Assembly (NCBI GenBank): GCA_040901965.1
Contig: JBBDYB010000012.1
Coordinates: 50,087-114,086, forward strand
Length of the DNA: 64,000 bases
Direction: 5' to 3'
From: Gemmatimonadales bacterium
GTDB taxonomy: Bacteria > Gemmatimonadota > Gemmatimonadetes > Gemmatimonadales > GWC2-71-9
Shown here: positions 11,418-21,885 of the stretch, piece by piece
Layout of the letters: every line of letters starts with the position of its first letter
How positions within the stretch are numbered: the stretch's first letter is position 1
The notes under the pieces: model-generated
What the model saw: only the letters and a program-made list of their open reading frames with translations
Told to the model about the DNA's origin: nothing
Database searches by the model: none
Made by a program: the position numbers and the translations under genes

Positions 11418-12950
11418 ATGCTCGCGCGCGTCCGTTCCGCCGCCGTCCTCGGGATTGATGCGTACCTGGTCGACGTCGAGACCGACATTGCAAACGGGCT
11501 GCCCACGTTCGTTACGGTGGGTTTGCCGCAAGGCGCGGTGAAAGAAGGGCGCGACCGCGTCTATTCGGCGCTTGCCAACACCGGCTTCACCTTCCCCCTC
11601 AAGCGCATCACCGTCAACCTCGCGCCTGCAGACATACGAAAGGAAGGGTCCGCGTTCGATCTGCCGATCGCCCTCGGCATTCTCGCGGCGACTGAACAGG
11701 TGCCCGGGGAGCGGCTGAGCAGGATCGCGGTGCTCGGCGAGCTGGGGCTCGAGGGCGCCGTCCGGCCCATCCGGGGCGCGCTGCCGGTGGCGCTCGCTGT
11801 GCGCGCCGCGGGGCTCGAGGCGCTGATCCTGCCGCGGGAGAACCTGCCCGAGGCCGGCGTCGTCGAGGGCCTGCGGGTGCTGGGGGCCGGATGCCTCGCC
11901 GAGATCGCGGAGTTCCTGGACGGCAAGGCGGAGCTGCCGGGCGCCGCGGTGGACGTGGCGCGGCTGTTCGCCGAGCGCGCCCGTGACGACGTGGACTTCG
12001 CCGAGGTGAAGGGACAGGCGCACGCCAAGCGGGCGCTCGAGGTAGCTGCCGCCGGCGGGCACAACATCCTCATGGTCGGCCCGCCCGGTTCGGGGAAGAC
12101 GATGCTCGCGCGCCGCTTGCCCACGACGCTCCCCAAGATGAGCCTCGACGAGGCGCTGGAGACCACCAAGATCCATTCGGTGGCGGGCACACTGCCGCTT
12201 GGGGAGTCGCTCGTCGCGCGGCGGCCGTTCCGTGCACCCCACCACACGATCTCCGACGCCGGCTTGATCGGCGGTGGATCGTATCCGCGTCCAGGCGAGG
12301 TGAGCCTGGCCCATGGCGGCGTGCTGTTCCTCGACGAGCTGCCCGAGTTCCGCAAGAACGTGCTCGAGGTGCTACGTCAACCGATGGAGGACGGCGTGGT
12401 GACGATCGCGCGAGCGGCGATGAGCCTCTCCTATCCGGCGCGGTTCATGCTCGCGGCCGCGATGAACCCGTGTCCCTGCGGTTGGTTCGGCGATCCGCAC
12501 CATGCGTGCGCCTGCGGGGCGGTAGCCGTGCAGCGCTACCTCGCGCGGGTGTCGGGGCCGCTGCTCGACCGGATCGACATTCACCTGGAAGTGCCGGCGG
12601 TGAAGTACCGGGCGCTCACCGACGAAAGCGGCGGCGAGCCAAGCGAGGCGGTCCGAGAGCGCGTGGATCGCGCGCGGGTGGTGCAGCGCGAGCGGTTCGC
12701 CAACCGGCCGGGCATCTACGCCAACGCGCACATGGCGCCGCGCGACATTCGGGCGCATTGCCGAGTCTCGGACGGCGCCGATGCGCTGCTCAAGACGGCG
12801 ATCACGCGGCTGGGGCTGTCAGCGCGCGCGTATCACCGGATCCTCAAGATCGCGCGCACCGTGGCCGATCTGGACGACGCCCCGTCGCTCGAGCCGAAAC
12901 ATGTGAGCGAGGCGATTCAGTACCGTAGCCTCGACCGCGCCAGAGCGTAG
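11418..12950 (+). CDS. comM: YifB/ComM-family Mg-chelatase-like AAA+ ATPase
   Basis: 510 aa. N-terminal Lon-protease-like domain (GIDAYLVDVETDIANGLPTFVTVGLP), Walker A MVGPPGSGKTM, GVLFLDELPEF, and a Cys-rich segment NPCPCGWFGDPHHACAC. Confidence 0.93.
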   Translation: MLARVRSAAVLGIDAYLVDVETDIANGLPTFVTVGLPQGAVKEGRDRVYSALANTGFTFPLKRITVNLAPADIRKEGSAFDLPIALGILAATEQVPGERLSRIAVLGELGLEGAVRPIRGALPVALAVRAAGLEALILPRENLPEAGVVEGLRVLGAGCLAEIAEFLDGKAELPGAAVDVARLFAERARDDVDFAEVKGQAHAKRALEVAAAGGHNILMVGPPGSGKTMLARRLPTTLPKMSLDEALETTKIHSVAGTLPLGESLVARRPFRAPHHTISDAGLIGGGSYPRPGEVSLAHGGVLFLDELPEFRKNVLEVLRQPMEDGVVTIARAAMSLSYPARFMLAAAMNPCPCGWFGDPHHACACGAVAVQRYLARVSGPLLDRIDIHLEVPAVKYRALTDESGGEPSEAVRERVDRARVVQRERFANRPGIYANAHMAPRDIRAHCRVSDGADALLKTAITRLGLSARAYHRILKIARTVADLDDAPSLEPKHVSEAIQYRSLDRARA

Positions 12951-12963
12951 CGGTGGCGTCCGG

Positions 12964-13998
12964 CTAGCGCTCCAGTCGCGGCTCCCCGATCATGCCCATG
13001 GGCTCGCCCTGCGACATCGCCGGCGTGCCGACCACGTACAGCACGATCCCGCCAAACGGCGCCCGGATTTCGGCCTGCGTCGCGCCGAAGAAATCGGTGA
13101 GCACGCCGATCAGCGCGCCTTTCTGCACGCTCTGTCCGCGCTCGACTTTGGGGTGCCACACGCCGGTGCCTGGGCTCCGAAACACCTCGGTGCGCTCAAA
13201 AAACAGCGGCTGACGCACCAGCTCCACGGCGCCGGGCAGCATCCGGAAGTAGCGCAGCAGCCGGAACACGCCGTCCACGTTGCGCTGCACCATGTCCTCG
13301 GCGGCGATGCCCAGATACCCGGCTTCGGTGGTCAGCGCCGGCTTGCCCCGGATGTGCGCGGTGTTCTGCGTGTACACCGACACCCGCCGATCGCGCGGCC
13401 GCACTGTGTCGATCACGATATGATCGTTCCCCCAGGCGAGCGCCATCTCGCGCGCGATCGAGTCGGCGCGGGCGTCGAGGCCGAGCGGGCTCCAATACGT
13501 ATAGGGCCGGAGCGACTCGTTTCCGTCGCCCGAGTGAATGTCCACGAGGTAGTCGGCGCGGTCGATGATGTCGCGCGTGATGGCGTGGGCAATGCGCTCG
13601 GAGACCGTGCCGTCGGGCCTGCCGGGATAGACCCGGTTCAGGTTCTTGCCGTCTACGGGGCTGTAGTAGACGGTCCGGCCGAGGAACGACGGCAGGTTCG
13701 CCACGTGGACGATGAGCACGGTCCCGCGCAGAGCCGCGGGGTCGAGCGCGGCGCGCACGCGCTGGAGCGCCACGATCGGGGCGACCTCGGAGCCGTGCGT
13801 GCCCGCGATCACAGCCAGCGTCGGCCCGGGCTGCGCCCCGCGCACGATCGTGATCGGGATGCGGGTGGCGGCATCCGCGGCCGCCGGGACTTCGATAAAC
13901 CCGGACACAGCCTGGCCAGGCCGGGCGGTGACGGATCCGATGGTGAGCGGCGCAGGCTGCTGCGCGGCAACCAGAAGGCCGGTGATGAGTGCGAGCAT
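12964..13998 (-). CDS. exported succinylglutamate desuccinylase/aspartoacylase-family (M14-like) zinc hydrolase
   Basis: Internal ATG at 13998 gives the signal-like start MLALITGLLVAAQQ. Motifs are IAGTHGSEVAP, NLNRVYPG and DIHSGDGNE. The upstream extension of ORF 12964..14142 looks non-coding. Confidence 0.8.
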   Translation of the reverse strand: MLALITGLLVAAQQPAPLTIGSVTARPGQAVSGFIEVPAAADAATRIPITIVRGAQPGPTLAVIAGTHGSEVAPIVALQRVRAALDPAALRGTVLIVHVANLPSFLGRTVYYSPVDGKNLNRVYPGRPDGTVSERIAHAITRDIIDRADYLVDIHSGDGNESLRPYTYWSPLGLDARADSIAREMALAWGNDHIVIDTVRPRDRRVSVYTQNTAHIRGKPALTTEAGYLGIAAEDMVQRNVDGVFRLLRYFRMLPGAVELVRQPLFFERTEVFRSPGTGVWHPKVERGQSVQKGALIGVLTDFFGATQAEIRAPFGGIVLYVVGTPAMSQGEPMGMIGEPRLER

Positions 13999-14071
13999 GC
14001 GTCCTCGGGGAACGAGACCGGTTGATTCTAGCTCGTGATCACCTTGTCCGCCCCCACGATCGCAGGCTATC

Positions 14072-16132
14072 GTGGCGGTCATGCCCGACGTACACGAATT
14101 CCTCCGGTCGCTGACCGTCGTCCTCGCCGTCGCGGCGATCACGACCGTCGTCTTCCAGCGGCTGCGCCAGCCCGTCGTGCTCGGCTACATCATCGCGGGC
14201 CTGATCGTCGGCCCGCACGTCCCCGTCCCGATCGTCGCCGATCCCGCCATTGTCCAAACGCTCTCCGAGCTGGGCGTGATCCTGCTGATGTTTTCGCTGG
14301 GCCTCGAATTCCATTTGGCGAAACTGGCGCGGGTCGGGCCGGCGGCCGGATTCACCGCGGTGATCCAGTCGAGTCTGATGGCGTGGCTGGGATTCCTGAC
14401 CGGACGCCTGGTCGGCTGGACGGTGTTGGAGAGCGTGTTCACCGGGGCGATCGTCGCGATCTCGAGCACCACGATCATCGCCAAGGCCTTCGACGAGCAG
14501 GGAATCCGCGGGCGGCTGCGCGAGTTTGTGGTGGGGATCCTGCTGATCGAGGACCTGATCGCCATCGTGTTCCTGGCGGTGCTCACCGCCGTGGCGACCG
14601 GCGCCGGCGTATCGGCGGGTGGGCTCGCCGGTACGGTGGGACGGCTCGCCACGTTCCTCGTCGCCCTGCTGGTCGTGGGCATGCTCGTCGTGCCGCGCTT
14701 CATCCGCTACGTCACCAGCATCGGCCGCGCGGAAACCACGCTGGTCGCGAGCATCGGCATCTGCTTCGTCACGGCCTACGTCGCGCAGAGCTTCGGCTAT
14801 TCCGTGGCGCTGGGGGCATTTATCGCCGGATCGCTCGTGGCCGAGTCGGGCAAGGGCGAGGAGATCGAGCGCCTCGTGCAGCCCGTGCGCGACGTGTTTG
14901 CCGCGGTGTTCTTCGTCTCGGTCGGCATGCTGATCGAGCCGGCGCTGGTGGCGGAGCATTGGGTTGCGGTGGTCGTCCTCACGGCGGTCGTCATCGTGGG
15001 GAAGATCCTGGGCGTGTCGGTCGGCGCGTTTCTCGCAGGCGCCGGTACGAAAACCGCGGTGCAGTCGGGAATGAGCCTCGCCCAGATCGGCGAGTTCTCA
15101 TTCATCATCGCCGGGCTGGGCTTGAGCCTCGGCGCCACGCGCGACTTCCTCTACCCGGTGGCGGTGGCCGTTTCGGCGCTCACCACCCTGTCCACGCCGT
15201 GGCTCATTCGCGCGTCGGCACCCGCCGCCGCCTTCATCGACGCCAGGCTGCCGCGGCCGCTCCAAACGTTCGCAGCCCTGTATGGGGCCTGGCTCGAGCG
15301 CCTCAAAGCCGCATCCGCGACACGCGCTACCGAAGGGCAGCGCCTGCGACGTTTCGTCGGGCTGCTCACGCTCGATGCGGCCGTGTTGAGCGCACTCATT
15401 GTCGCGGTGTCGCTCCAATTCGCCCCTATCGCGGACGCACTAGCCGAGGCCGTGCATATCGCGCCGGGCCTCGCCCGCGCGATCGTGGTGGCGGCCACCG
15501 CGGCGGCGGCGCTGCCACTGGTGGTGGGGATCGGTCGGCTGTCGCGGGGGTTGGGCGCATCGTTGGCGGAAACCGCGTTGCCGAAGGCGGTAGGGAAGGC
15601 GGATATGGACGCCGCGCCGCGGCGGACGCTGGGCGTGACGCTCCAGCTCGGGATCGCGCTGGTCGCCGGCATGGTCGTCCTGGTGGTGACGCAGATCTTT
15701 CTGCCCAGCTATTCAGGACCGCTCGTCTTGTTCCTCGTGCTCGCCGGATTCGGCGTGGCGATCTGGCGCAGCGTCCGGGATCTGGAAGGGCACGTGCGCG
15801 CGGGCGCGCAAGCGGTGGTCTCGGCACTGGGCCGCTACGCACGCGCGGGGAGTCCCGCGCCTGACGATCAGTCGCTGGCCGACGTCAACCGCCTACTGCC
15901 CGGCCTCGGCGCGCCCGTCGCGATCCGCATCACCCCGGAAAGCCCGAGTGTCGGCCAGAGCCTCGCCGATCTGAATCTCCGCGGCCGCAGCGGCGCGACG
16001 GTGCTCGCCATTTCGCGCAGTGGGGAATCGATCGTCGTGCCGGCTGCTGGTGAGCGCCTCCAGGCCGGCGACGTGCTCGCGCTTGCGGGCACGCATGAGG
16101 CGATCGAGGCGGCGAAGGAGTTGCTCCGCTAG
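14072..16132 (+). CDS. CPA2 cation:proton antiporter with C-terminal RCK/TrkA-C domain
   Basis: 686 aa. Kef-type N-terminus (LRQPVVLGYIIAGLIVGPH, LGVILLMFSLGLEF) with about 12 TM helices. C-terminal TrkA-C-like segment GQSLADLNLRGRSGATVLAISRSGESIVVPAAGERLQAGDVLALAG. Confidence 0.9.
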   Translation: MAVMPDVHEFLRSLTVVLAVAAITTVVFQRLRQPVVLGYIIAGLIVGPHVPVPIVADPAIVQTLSELGVILLMFSLGLEFHLAKLARVGPAAGFTAVIQSSLMAWLGFLTGRLVGWTVLESVFTGAIVAISSTTIIAKAFDEQGIRGRLREFVVGILLIEDLIAIVFLAVLTAVATGAGVSAGGLAGTVGRLATFLVALLVVGMLVVPRFIRYVTSIGRAETTLVASIGICFVTAYVAQSFGYSVALGAFIAGSLVAESGKGEEIERLVQPVRDVFAAVFFVSVGMLIEPALVAEHWVAVVVLTAVVIVGKILGVSVGAFLAGAGTKTAVQSGMSLAQIGEFSFIIAGLGLSLGATRDFLYPVAVAVSALTTLSTPWLIRASAPAAAFIDARLPRPLQTFAALYGAWLERLKAASATRATEGQRLRRFVGLLTLDAAVLSALIVAVSLQFAPIADALAEAVHIAPGLARAIVVAATAAAALPLVVGIGRLSRGLGASLAETALPKAVGKADMDAAPRRTLGVTLQLGIALVAGMVVLVVTQIFLPSYSGPLVLFLVLAGFGVAIWRSVRDLEGHVRAGAQAVVSALGRYARAGSPAPDDQSLADVNRLLPGLGAPVAIRITPESPSVGQSLADLNLRGRSGATVLAISRSGESIVVPAAGERLQAGDVLALAGTHEAIEAAKELLR

Positions 16133-17202
16133 GGGCACGTTCCCGCGTTCACGAACCAGCATTTCGTAAACGATGAGCCTTTGAAGAACGTGAGGAGCTG
16201 CGTGCCCACCTTCTGCTGACCGCTCTGTGAGGGATGCGTGCCGTCCGGCGTGAAGTCGGCAGCCAGCCAGACGAGCCCGTCGCCCTGGCGTGGGGTTGCG
16301 CCGTTGGCCCAGAGGTACGGGCCCCACCCGATCCACGGCGCGACGGTGCCGTAGTTCAAGTCGCCCGCGCGCGCGTCAGTGACCGTCCCACCGTTCGCCA
16401 TCTGATCGATTTGCGCCTGCACCACCCACTTCACCGCGAATGCCGACTCGTATGCGTACGGCTCCGGGTTCAGCGTCGTGGTGGCGTAGCCGGCGTAGAT
16501 CCGGCTCGAGAGAAAAACAAGCTGGACGTTTGGATACCGCGCCTTCAGCGCGCGCGCGATGTTACCCATGTAGCCTTCCAGCAGGTAGGCGTCCGCTTGC
16601 GATGACGGAAGCGAGTCTCGTGGCCCCGCGTCGGCCACTTTCACCCACACCACCTGCACCTGATGCTCGGTGAGGCCGAGTGGCCCAAGACGATAGAGTC
16701 GCACGGAATCGTAGTTGGCATCCGTGGGTGCGTCCCAAGTCTGCGCGGTCTGACCGCCCCGCGCGCCGTTGACGAGCGCGAGCGTCGTGTGGTTGACGGC
16801 GGCGTCGCCCGCCGCTTGACCCATGAAGCTCCAAGCCGAACACGCCGTCGTGGTGGAGCCGCCGGAACAGAACTCCTGCGTCGTGTTCGACATGCCGATG
16901 GACAGCACGACGATCTTGCCGCCGGCGCTTGGCGCACCCGAGGTGTCGAGCGGAACGATGGCTTGCGCCCGCGATTGGCCGGCGGCGGCATGCGCCGCGG
17001 GTGCAACGTTGCTGCCCGCTGGATAGAGTCCGCCCGTGAATCCCTTGTACATCCCGGCACCGAGCTCGGGGAGCGGCGGGCGCGCCGCCGCGCCAGGACC
17101 GGAAGGCGAGCCGGCGTCACCGCAGGCAATGAGGGCTCCCGCGACGATGATCACGAGGGAGTGACGGAAGGACGTCATGGATGTCAGACGATGGAGGAGC
17201 AT
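16129..17202 (-). CDS. lipoprotein, possibly SGNH-like hydrolase
   Basis: The ORF has a lipobox (IIVAGALIACG). IVVLSIGMSNT resembles block I and PDGTHPSQSG resembles block V (DxxH) of SGNH hydrolases. The family call is tentative. ATG 17178 is an alternative start. Confidence 0.55.
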   Translation of the reverse strand: MLLHRLTSMTSFRHSLVIIVAGALIACGDAGSPSGPGAAARPPLPELGAGMYKGFTGGLYPAGSNVAPAAHAAAGQSRAQAIVPLDTSGAPSAGGKIVVLSIGMSNTTQEFCSGGSTTTACSAWSFMGQAAGDAAVNHTTLALVNGARGGQTAQTWDAPTDANYDSVRLYRLGPLGLTEHQVQVVWVKVADAGPRDSLPSSQADAYLLEGYMGNIARALKARYPNVQLVFLSSRIYAGYATTTLNPEPYAYESAFAVKWVVQAQIDQMANGGTVTDARAGDLNYGTVAPWIGWGPYLWANGATPRQGDGLVWLAADFTPDGTHPSQSGQQKVGTQLLTFFKGSSFTKCWFVNAGTCP

Positions 17203-17459
17203 GGTCCGTTAACGATACACGGGCGCTCGTGCGAGCGCCCGTGATGGCTGTCACACGATGTGCCGCGCTGTTTCGCGGCGACTCTAGCGGAGCGCCGTTA
17301 GTCGCCAGGCCGTCCCTTCACGTACCAACGTCGCGCGAAACGACACCCGTCGCCACCAGGCCCTGCTGACCTGAGACGTCCGCGCCGCAGCTCGGGCAGT
17401 GCCGCGCCCCGGGCGCTACCGAGGTACGCAGTGCGCGCACTCCGCCCGGCCTGGAGTGG

Positions 17460-19460
17460 TCACGCGGACTCCGCGCCGGTGAGCAGATGGTACGCGCCGC
17501 GCAGCTGTTGCTGCTGACCCACGACGACGAGCACGTCGCCCGCGGCGAGCCGGAACGTGGCCTCCGGCGTGGCGAGATCGCTCTGGCCGCGACGCACGGC
17601 CAGCACCAGCGCGCCGGTGCGCGAGCGCAGCCCCGTCTCCGCGAGCGTCTGGCCGACGGCGGGCGCGTTGGGGCCGAGCACGATCCGTTCCACGTGCATC
17701 TGCGGCATCGCGCCCAGCGTGCCCGAGAGCGTGAGCCGCGGCCGTCCGCCACCGGGGCGGAGCGCCTGGTAGTGCGACGCCCGGATCTCGCCCACCAGGC
17801 GGTCGATCTCCTCGCGCGCCACGGTGTAGTGCGCCAGCACCTGGGCGAAGATCTCGATCGAGGTCTCGAACTCCTCGGGGATCACGACGTTGGCGCCCAG
17901 GCGCGTGAGCTCGGGGATCTCGATCACGTAGCGCGTGCGCGCGATGATGTGGAGCTTGGGGTTGATGTCCCGCGCGACGCGCACCATCCGGCGCGTCGCC
18001 GAGGGGTCGGAGATCGCGATGACGAGCAGCCGCGCGCGATCGACGCCTAGGGCGTGGAGAATCTCGTCGCGGGTCGCGTCGCCGTAGAACGCCGGCTCCC
18101 CCTCGGCGCGCGCGTTGCGCACCGTCTGGGCATTCAGCTCGACGATCAGGTAGGGGGCATTGATCGCCCGCAGCGCGGCCGCGAGGTTGCGCCCGTTCAG
18201 TCCGTACCCGGCGATCACCACGTGGTCCGACACCGGGTCCTGGACCGGGGCGAAGCCGCGCGGCCGGAACCCCGGCAGCAGCCGATCGAGCGGCATCATC
18301 TTTTCCAGCGTATCGAGAATCGCCGGCCCACCCTGAAGCAAGAACGGCGTCACCAGCATCGTGATCACCGCCACGCCGAGGAATTGCTGATAGAGCGCCT
18401 CGGCGAGCAGTCCCGCTGACCGCCCTTCCTTTGCCAGGACGAAGGAGAACTCGCCGATCTGCGATACCGCCACGCCCGCGAGCAGCGCCACCCGGCCCGA
18501 GTAGCCCATCAAGGCGGGTCCGACGGCGGCGGACAACGTCTTGCCCCCCATGATCACCGCGACCGCGACGAGCGTGATCACCCAGTGCTCGCGGACGGTA
18601 TCGAGCTGCACGAGCATCCCGACGGCGACGAAAAACAGCGAGATAAAGATGTCGCGGAACGGCATCAGCTCGGCGAGCGCCTGATGCGCGTAGTCGGATT
18701 CGGAGATGATCAGCCCGGCGAGGAACGCGCCCAGCGCGAGCGAGGCGCCGGCGGCCGCGGTGCCCAACGCCGTGAGCGTGCCGATCAGAATCACTGCGAT
18801 CAGGAACAGCTCGCGGCTGCGGGTCTTGAGAATCTCTTTCAACGCCCGCGGCACCACGGTGCGTGCCGCCACGACGACGCCCACGACCACCAGCGCCGCC
18901 TTGCCGAGCGCGAGGGCGAGCCCCAGCGCTCCGCCCTCCGCTTTGCCCGCAAGAAACGGCAGCACCAGCATGATCGGCACGACGCACAGGTCTTGGAAGA
19001 TCAGGATCCCCGTCGCCAAGCGGCCGTGGGGGGCGTCGATCTCCCCCTTGTCGGTCAGCACCTTGAGGACAATCGCCGTGCTCGACAGGGCGATCAGAAA
19101 GCCGAGGAACAGCGCGACGCGCCAGTTGGGCAGGAACGCCAATCCCGTCGCGAGTGTCGCGAGCACCGTGAAGCCCATCTGCGCGGATCCGGCGGCAACG
19201 ACCTGCCGGCCCATTTCCTTGAGCCGGCTGAGCGAGAACTCGATCCCGATCGTGAACAGCAGCAGAATGACGCCGACTTCGGCCAGGCTCTCGACGCGGT
19301 GCGGGTCGGAGACAAGCCCCAGGGCGTTGGGACCGAGCAGGATGCCGGCGACGATAAAGCCCGGCAGCGCCGGCAGCTTGAGCCGGTGGAATGCCAGAAT
19401 GACGAGCAGTGAGCCCGCGAAGATGACGGCCAGGTCGCGGAGAACGAAGAGCTGTTCCAC
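17460..19460 (-). CDS. CPA2 cation:proton antiporter with TrkA-N and TrkA-C domains (KefB/C-like)
   Basis: Contains LKLPALPGFIVAGILLGP and LAEVGVILLLFTIGIEF. A Rossmann segment HVVIAGYGLNGRNLA follows, with a C-terminal TrkA-C segment (GQTLAETGLRSRTGALVLAVRRG). I chose the GTG at 19460 because the first 56 aa of ORF 17460..19628 are Arg/Ser-rich and overlap the upstream gene. Confidence 0.88.
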   Translation of the reverse strand: MEQLFVLRDLAVIFAGSLLVILAFHRLKLPALPGFIVAGILLGPNALGLVSDPHRVESLAEVGVILLLFTIGIEFSLSRLKEMGRQVVAAGSAQMGFTVLATLATGLAFLPNWRVALFLGFLIALSSTAIVLKVLTDKGEIDAPHGRLATGILIFQDLCVVPIMLVLPFLAGKAEGGALGLALALGKAALVVVGVVVAARTVVPRALKEILKTRSRELFLIAVILIGTLTALGTAAAGASLALGAFLAGLIISESDYAHQALAELMPFRDIFISLFFVAVGMLVQLDTVREHWVITLVAVAVIMGGKTLSAAVGPALMGYSGRVALLAGVAVSQIGEFSFVLAKEGRSAGLLAEALYQQFLGVAVITMLVTPFLLQGGPAILDTLEKMMPLDRLLPGFRPRGFAPVQDPVSDHVVIAGYGLNGRNLAAALRAINAPYLIVELNAQTVRNARAEGEPAFYGDATRDEILHALGVDRARLLVIAISDPSATRRMVRVARDINPKLHIIARTRYVIEIPELTRLGANVVIPEEFETSIEIFAQVLAHYTVAREEIDRLVGEIRASHYQALRPGGGRPRLTLSGTLGAMPQMHVERIVLGPNAPAVGQTLAETGLRSRTGALVLAVRRGQSDLATPEATFRLAAGDVLVVVGQQQQLRGAYHLLTGAESA

Positions 19461-19488
19461 GGACGGATAAGATTGGACTTCGCAGCGG

Positions 19489-20979
19489 CTACCGCAACGC
19501 GTCTCCCGTCTCGACGACCGCCTGGACGAGGAGGTTGAAATCCTCGCGACGGCTGCGGTGGTTCGTGACCGCGACCCGCAAGGCGAAGCGGCCGCTGAGT
19601 ACCGTTTGCGACGGAATGGCCAGGCCACTCTCCTGAATCCGCAACAGAATCTCCCGATTCAGCTCATTCAGCGCGGGTTCGGGGATCCCGGGCGCCTGGT
19701 ATCGGAAACACACGACATTGAGGGGCACCGGGGCGAGCAGCTCGAGCTTCGGATGTGTAGTCACCAACCCGGCCAGGTAATGCGCCTGCCGCACATTTTG
19801 CTCGATGAGCTGCGCGAATGCGTTCAGGCCATGTGCCTTGAAGGACATCCACACCTTCAAGGCGCGGAACCCGCGGGACAGCTGCACGCCCCGCTCGGCG
19901 AAGGGAAACCCGCCCGCGGCGATGCCGCGGTCGAACGATGCGAGGTAGGCCGGGGTCACGTTGAAGGTGGCGCGGTGCGCGGCCTGATCGCGCACCAGCG
20001 TGCACCCGACCTCGTAGGGCAGGTACATCCACTTGTGGAGATCGAAAGCGACCGAATCGGCCTGCTCGATCCCCGCAACGAGCGGGCGCAGCGCCGGCGC
20101 GATCGCCGCCAGCGCCCCGAACGCCCCGTCCACGTGGAGCCACAGCCCCTGTTGGCGGCAAGTCGCCGCGAGCGCGGAGAGATCGTCGGTCGCGCCGGTA
20201 TTCACCGTCCCGGCATTGCCGACGATGCAGATGGGGCGCCGCCCCGCGGCACGGTCGGCGACGATTGTTGCACGCAGAGCCGCGACATCGATTTCGTAGT
20301 CGGATCCGACGGGGATATAGCGGAGGGCGTCGTGGCCGAGTCCCAGCAGCTCGACCGCTTTGCGGACCGACGAATGAGTTTCTGTTGAGGCGTACACGGT
20401 GAGCTGCGGCGCGTCCGCTCCCCCCCCCTGGAGTCCGCGCTCGCGCACGTCGAACCCCGCCCGCGCATTCCGCGCCACGGCGAGCCCGACGAAGTTGGCC
20501 ATCGAGCCGCCCGAGACGAGCAGGCCGTGCGTGCCGGCGGGAAGGCCGAGGAGCTCCACGAGCCACCCGATCACCTGGTTTTCGACGACCGCGGGGGCGT
20601 CGTCGAATTCGGCGACCTGCGGATTCATCCCCGAGGCCAGCATGTCGGCGAGCATGGCGAGCGGCGTTCCGGTCCCGATCACCCATCCCCAGAAGCGGGG
20701 GTGGATGTTTCCCGTGGGGTAGGGCAGCACGTCGCGCTTGAATTCTTCGTAGACGTCGGCGGCGGGTGTGGGCTCCCGCGGTGCGGGTCCCGACAAGCGC
20801 CGGCGCACTTCGGCGGGCACCGGCTGCCACACGGGCCGCTCCCGCGCGGTGCGTAAGTACTCGAGCATGTCGTCCACCATCCGGTGTCCCAGTGCGCGCA
20901 GCTCCTCCCACCCGCGCGCGTCGGCCGGATCGAGCGAGACCTCGTTAGAGACGGTCGAGCTCGGCGACGGTGCGTTCAT
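19489..20979 (-). CDS. group II pyridoxal-phosphate-dependent amino-acid decarboxylase
   Basis: 496 aa with HPRFWGWV, LLVSGGSMANFVGLAVARN, and DLHKWMYLPYEVGC (the PLP lysine motif). This pattern is typical of aromatic-amino-acid/DABA/Tyr decarboxylase relatives. The substrate cannot be called from sequence alone. Confidence 0.88.
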   Translation of the reverse strand: MNAPSPSSTVSNEVSLDPADARGWEELRALGHRMVDDMLEYLRTARERPVWQPVPAEVRRRLSGPAPREPTPAADVYEEFKRDVLPYPTGNIHPRFWGWVIGTGTPLAMLADMLASGMNPQVAEFDDAPAVVENQVIGWLVELLGLPAGTHGLLVSGGSMANFVGLAVARNARAGFDVRERGLQGGGADAPQLTVYASTETHSSVRKAVELLGLGHDALRYIPVGSDYEIDVAALRATIVADRAAGRRPICIVGNAGTVNTGATDDLSALAATCRQQGLWLHVDGAFGALAAIAPALRPLVAGIEQADSVAFDLHKWMYLPYEVGCTLVRDQAAHRATFNVTPAYLASFDRGIAAGGFPFAERGVQLSRGFRALKVWMSFKAHGLNAFAQLIEQNVRQAHYLAGLVTTHPKLELLAPVPLNVVCFRYQAPGIPEPALNELNREILLRIQESGLAIPSQTVLSGRFALRVAVTNHRSRREDFNLLVQAVVETGDALR

Positions 20980-21310
20980 TGCGGACGTTTCCCGTATTCA
21001 GGGTCGACTGGGGCTCGAACAGGAGCACGTGCGTCTCTTCCTCGGCCACCGGCAAATGCTCGACGCCGTGGGGGATGATGGCGAACTCGCCCGGACCGAG
21101 CACGAGATCGCGATCCCGCAGCCTCAGGCGCAGGCGGCCCTTGACGACGAGGAACAGCTCGTCCTCGCGCTCGTGATGGTGCCAGACGAACTCGCCCTTC
21201 AGTTTGACGAGCTTGACGTGACTGTCGTTCACCTCGCCCACGACCTTGGGGCTCCAAAGCTCCTGAAACTGGCTGAACATCTCGGCCAGATTGACGGTGC
21301 GGCTCGTCAT
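20945..21310 (-). CDS. cupin-domain protein
   Basis: 121 aa with the cupin motifs GEFVWHHHEREDELFLVVKG and PGEFAIIPHGVEH. ATGA overlap with the upstream gene. Confidence 0.8.
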   Translation of the reverse strand: MTSRTVNLAEMFSQFQELWSPKVVGEVNDSHVKLVKLKGEFVWHHHEREDELFLVVKGRLRLRLRDRDLVLGPGEFAIIPHGVEHLPVAEEETHVLLFEPQSTLNTGNVRNERTVAELDRL

Positions 21311-21885
21311 GACGCCTCCTCCGACGCGCGTGCCAACACCGTTTTGGTGTCGACGACGGTTGAAAATTCACCGTGGAGATCGGCGAGGGCGACGTCGTGC
21401 AGCAGCTCGGACCCGTAACGCTTTCCATCAGGCCCGGTGTTGTCGAACGTTGCCGTCGCATCGGAGACGACGTAGGTCGTGAAACCCAGGTTTCCGGCCA
21501 TGCGCGCGGTCGTCGAAACGCACATGTTCGTCTGCATCCCGACCAGGACCAGCGTGGTGATGCCGCGGCGCCGCAAATCCGCCTCGAGCGGGGTGCCGAT
21601 GAAGGCGCTGCTGACCGACTTCTGCACCACGGGCTCCCCGGGCAGCGGCCGCACCTCGTCCTTGATCTCGACGCCGGACTGGCCCGGCCGCAGCGGAGAG
21701 TCGGGTTCTTTGGACAAGTGCTGGACGTGGATGATGGGCCGCCCGGTCTTGCGCCACGCGCGCTGCAACCGCGCGATGTTCGACTCCAGATCGGGATTGT
21801 TGCGGTGGTACTCCTCGGCGTAGCGGTCCATACCCTTTTGAACGTCGATGACGAGGAGCACGGCGTCGTGGGGGAGGGCGGTCAT
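21307..21885 (-). CDS. isochorismatase-family cysteine hydrolase
   Basis: 192 aa with VLLVIDVQKG, LVLVGMQTNMCVSTTAR (catalytic Cys context) and KSVSSAF. ATGA overlaps at both ends. Confidence 0.85.
   Translation of the reverse strand: MTALPHDAVLLVIDVQKGMDRYAEEYHRNNPDLESNIARLQRAWRKTGRPIIHVQHLSKEPDSPLRPGQSGVEIKDEVRPLPGEPVVQKSVSSAFIGTPLEADLRRRGITTLVLVGMQTNMCVSTTARMAGNLGFTTYVVSDATATFDNTGPDGKRYGSELLHDVALADLHGEFSTVVDTKTVLARASEEAS

Noticed and set aside
14035-15864. 609-aa plus-strand ORF in an alternate frame of the Kef-type antiporter. Similar long alternate-frame or antisense ORFs occur at 5136-6287, 7271-8419, 17416-18987, 42061-43440, 44802-45959, 50859-52430 and 61075-62589.
   Set aside because: All are Arg/Gly/Pro/Ala-dominated and lack motifs. 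Each overlaps a gene with strong family signatures. They are GC-driven stop-codon deserts.
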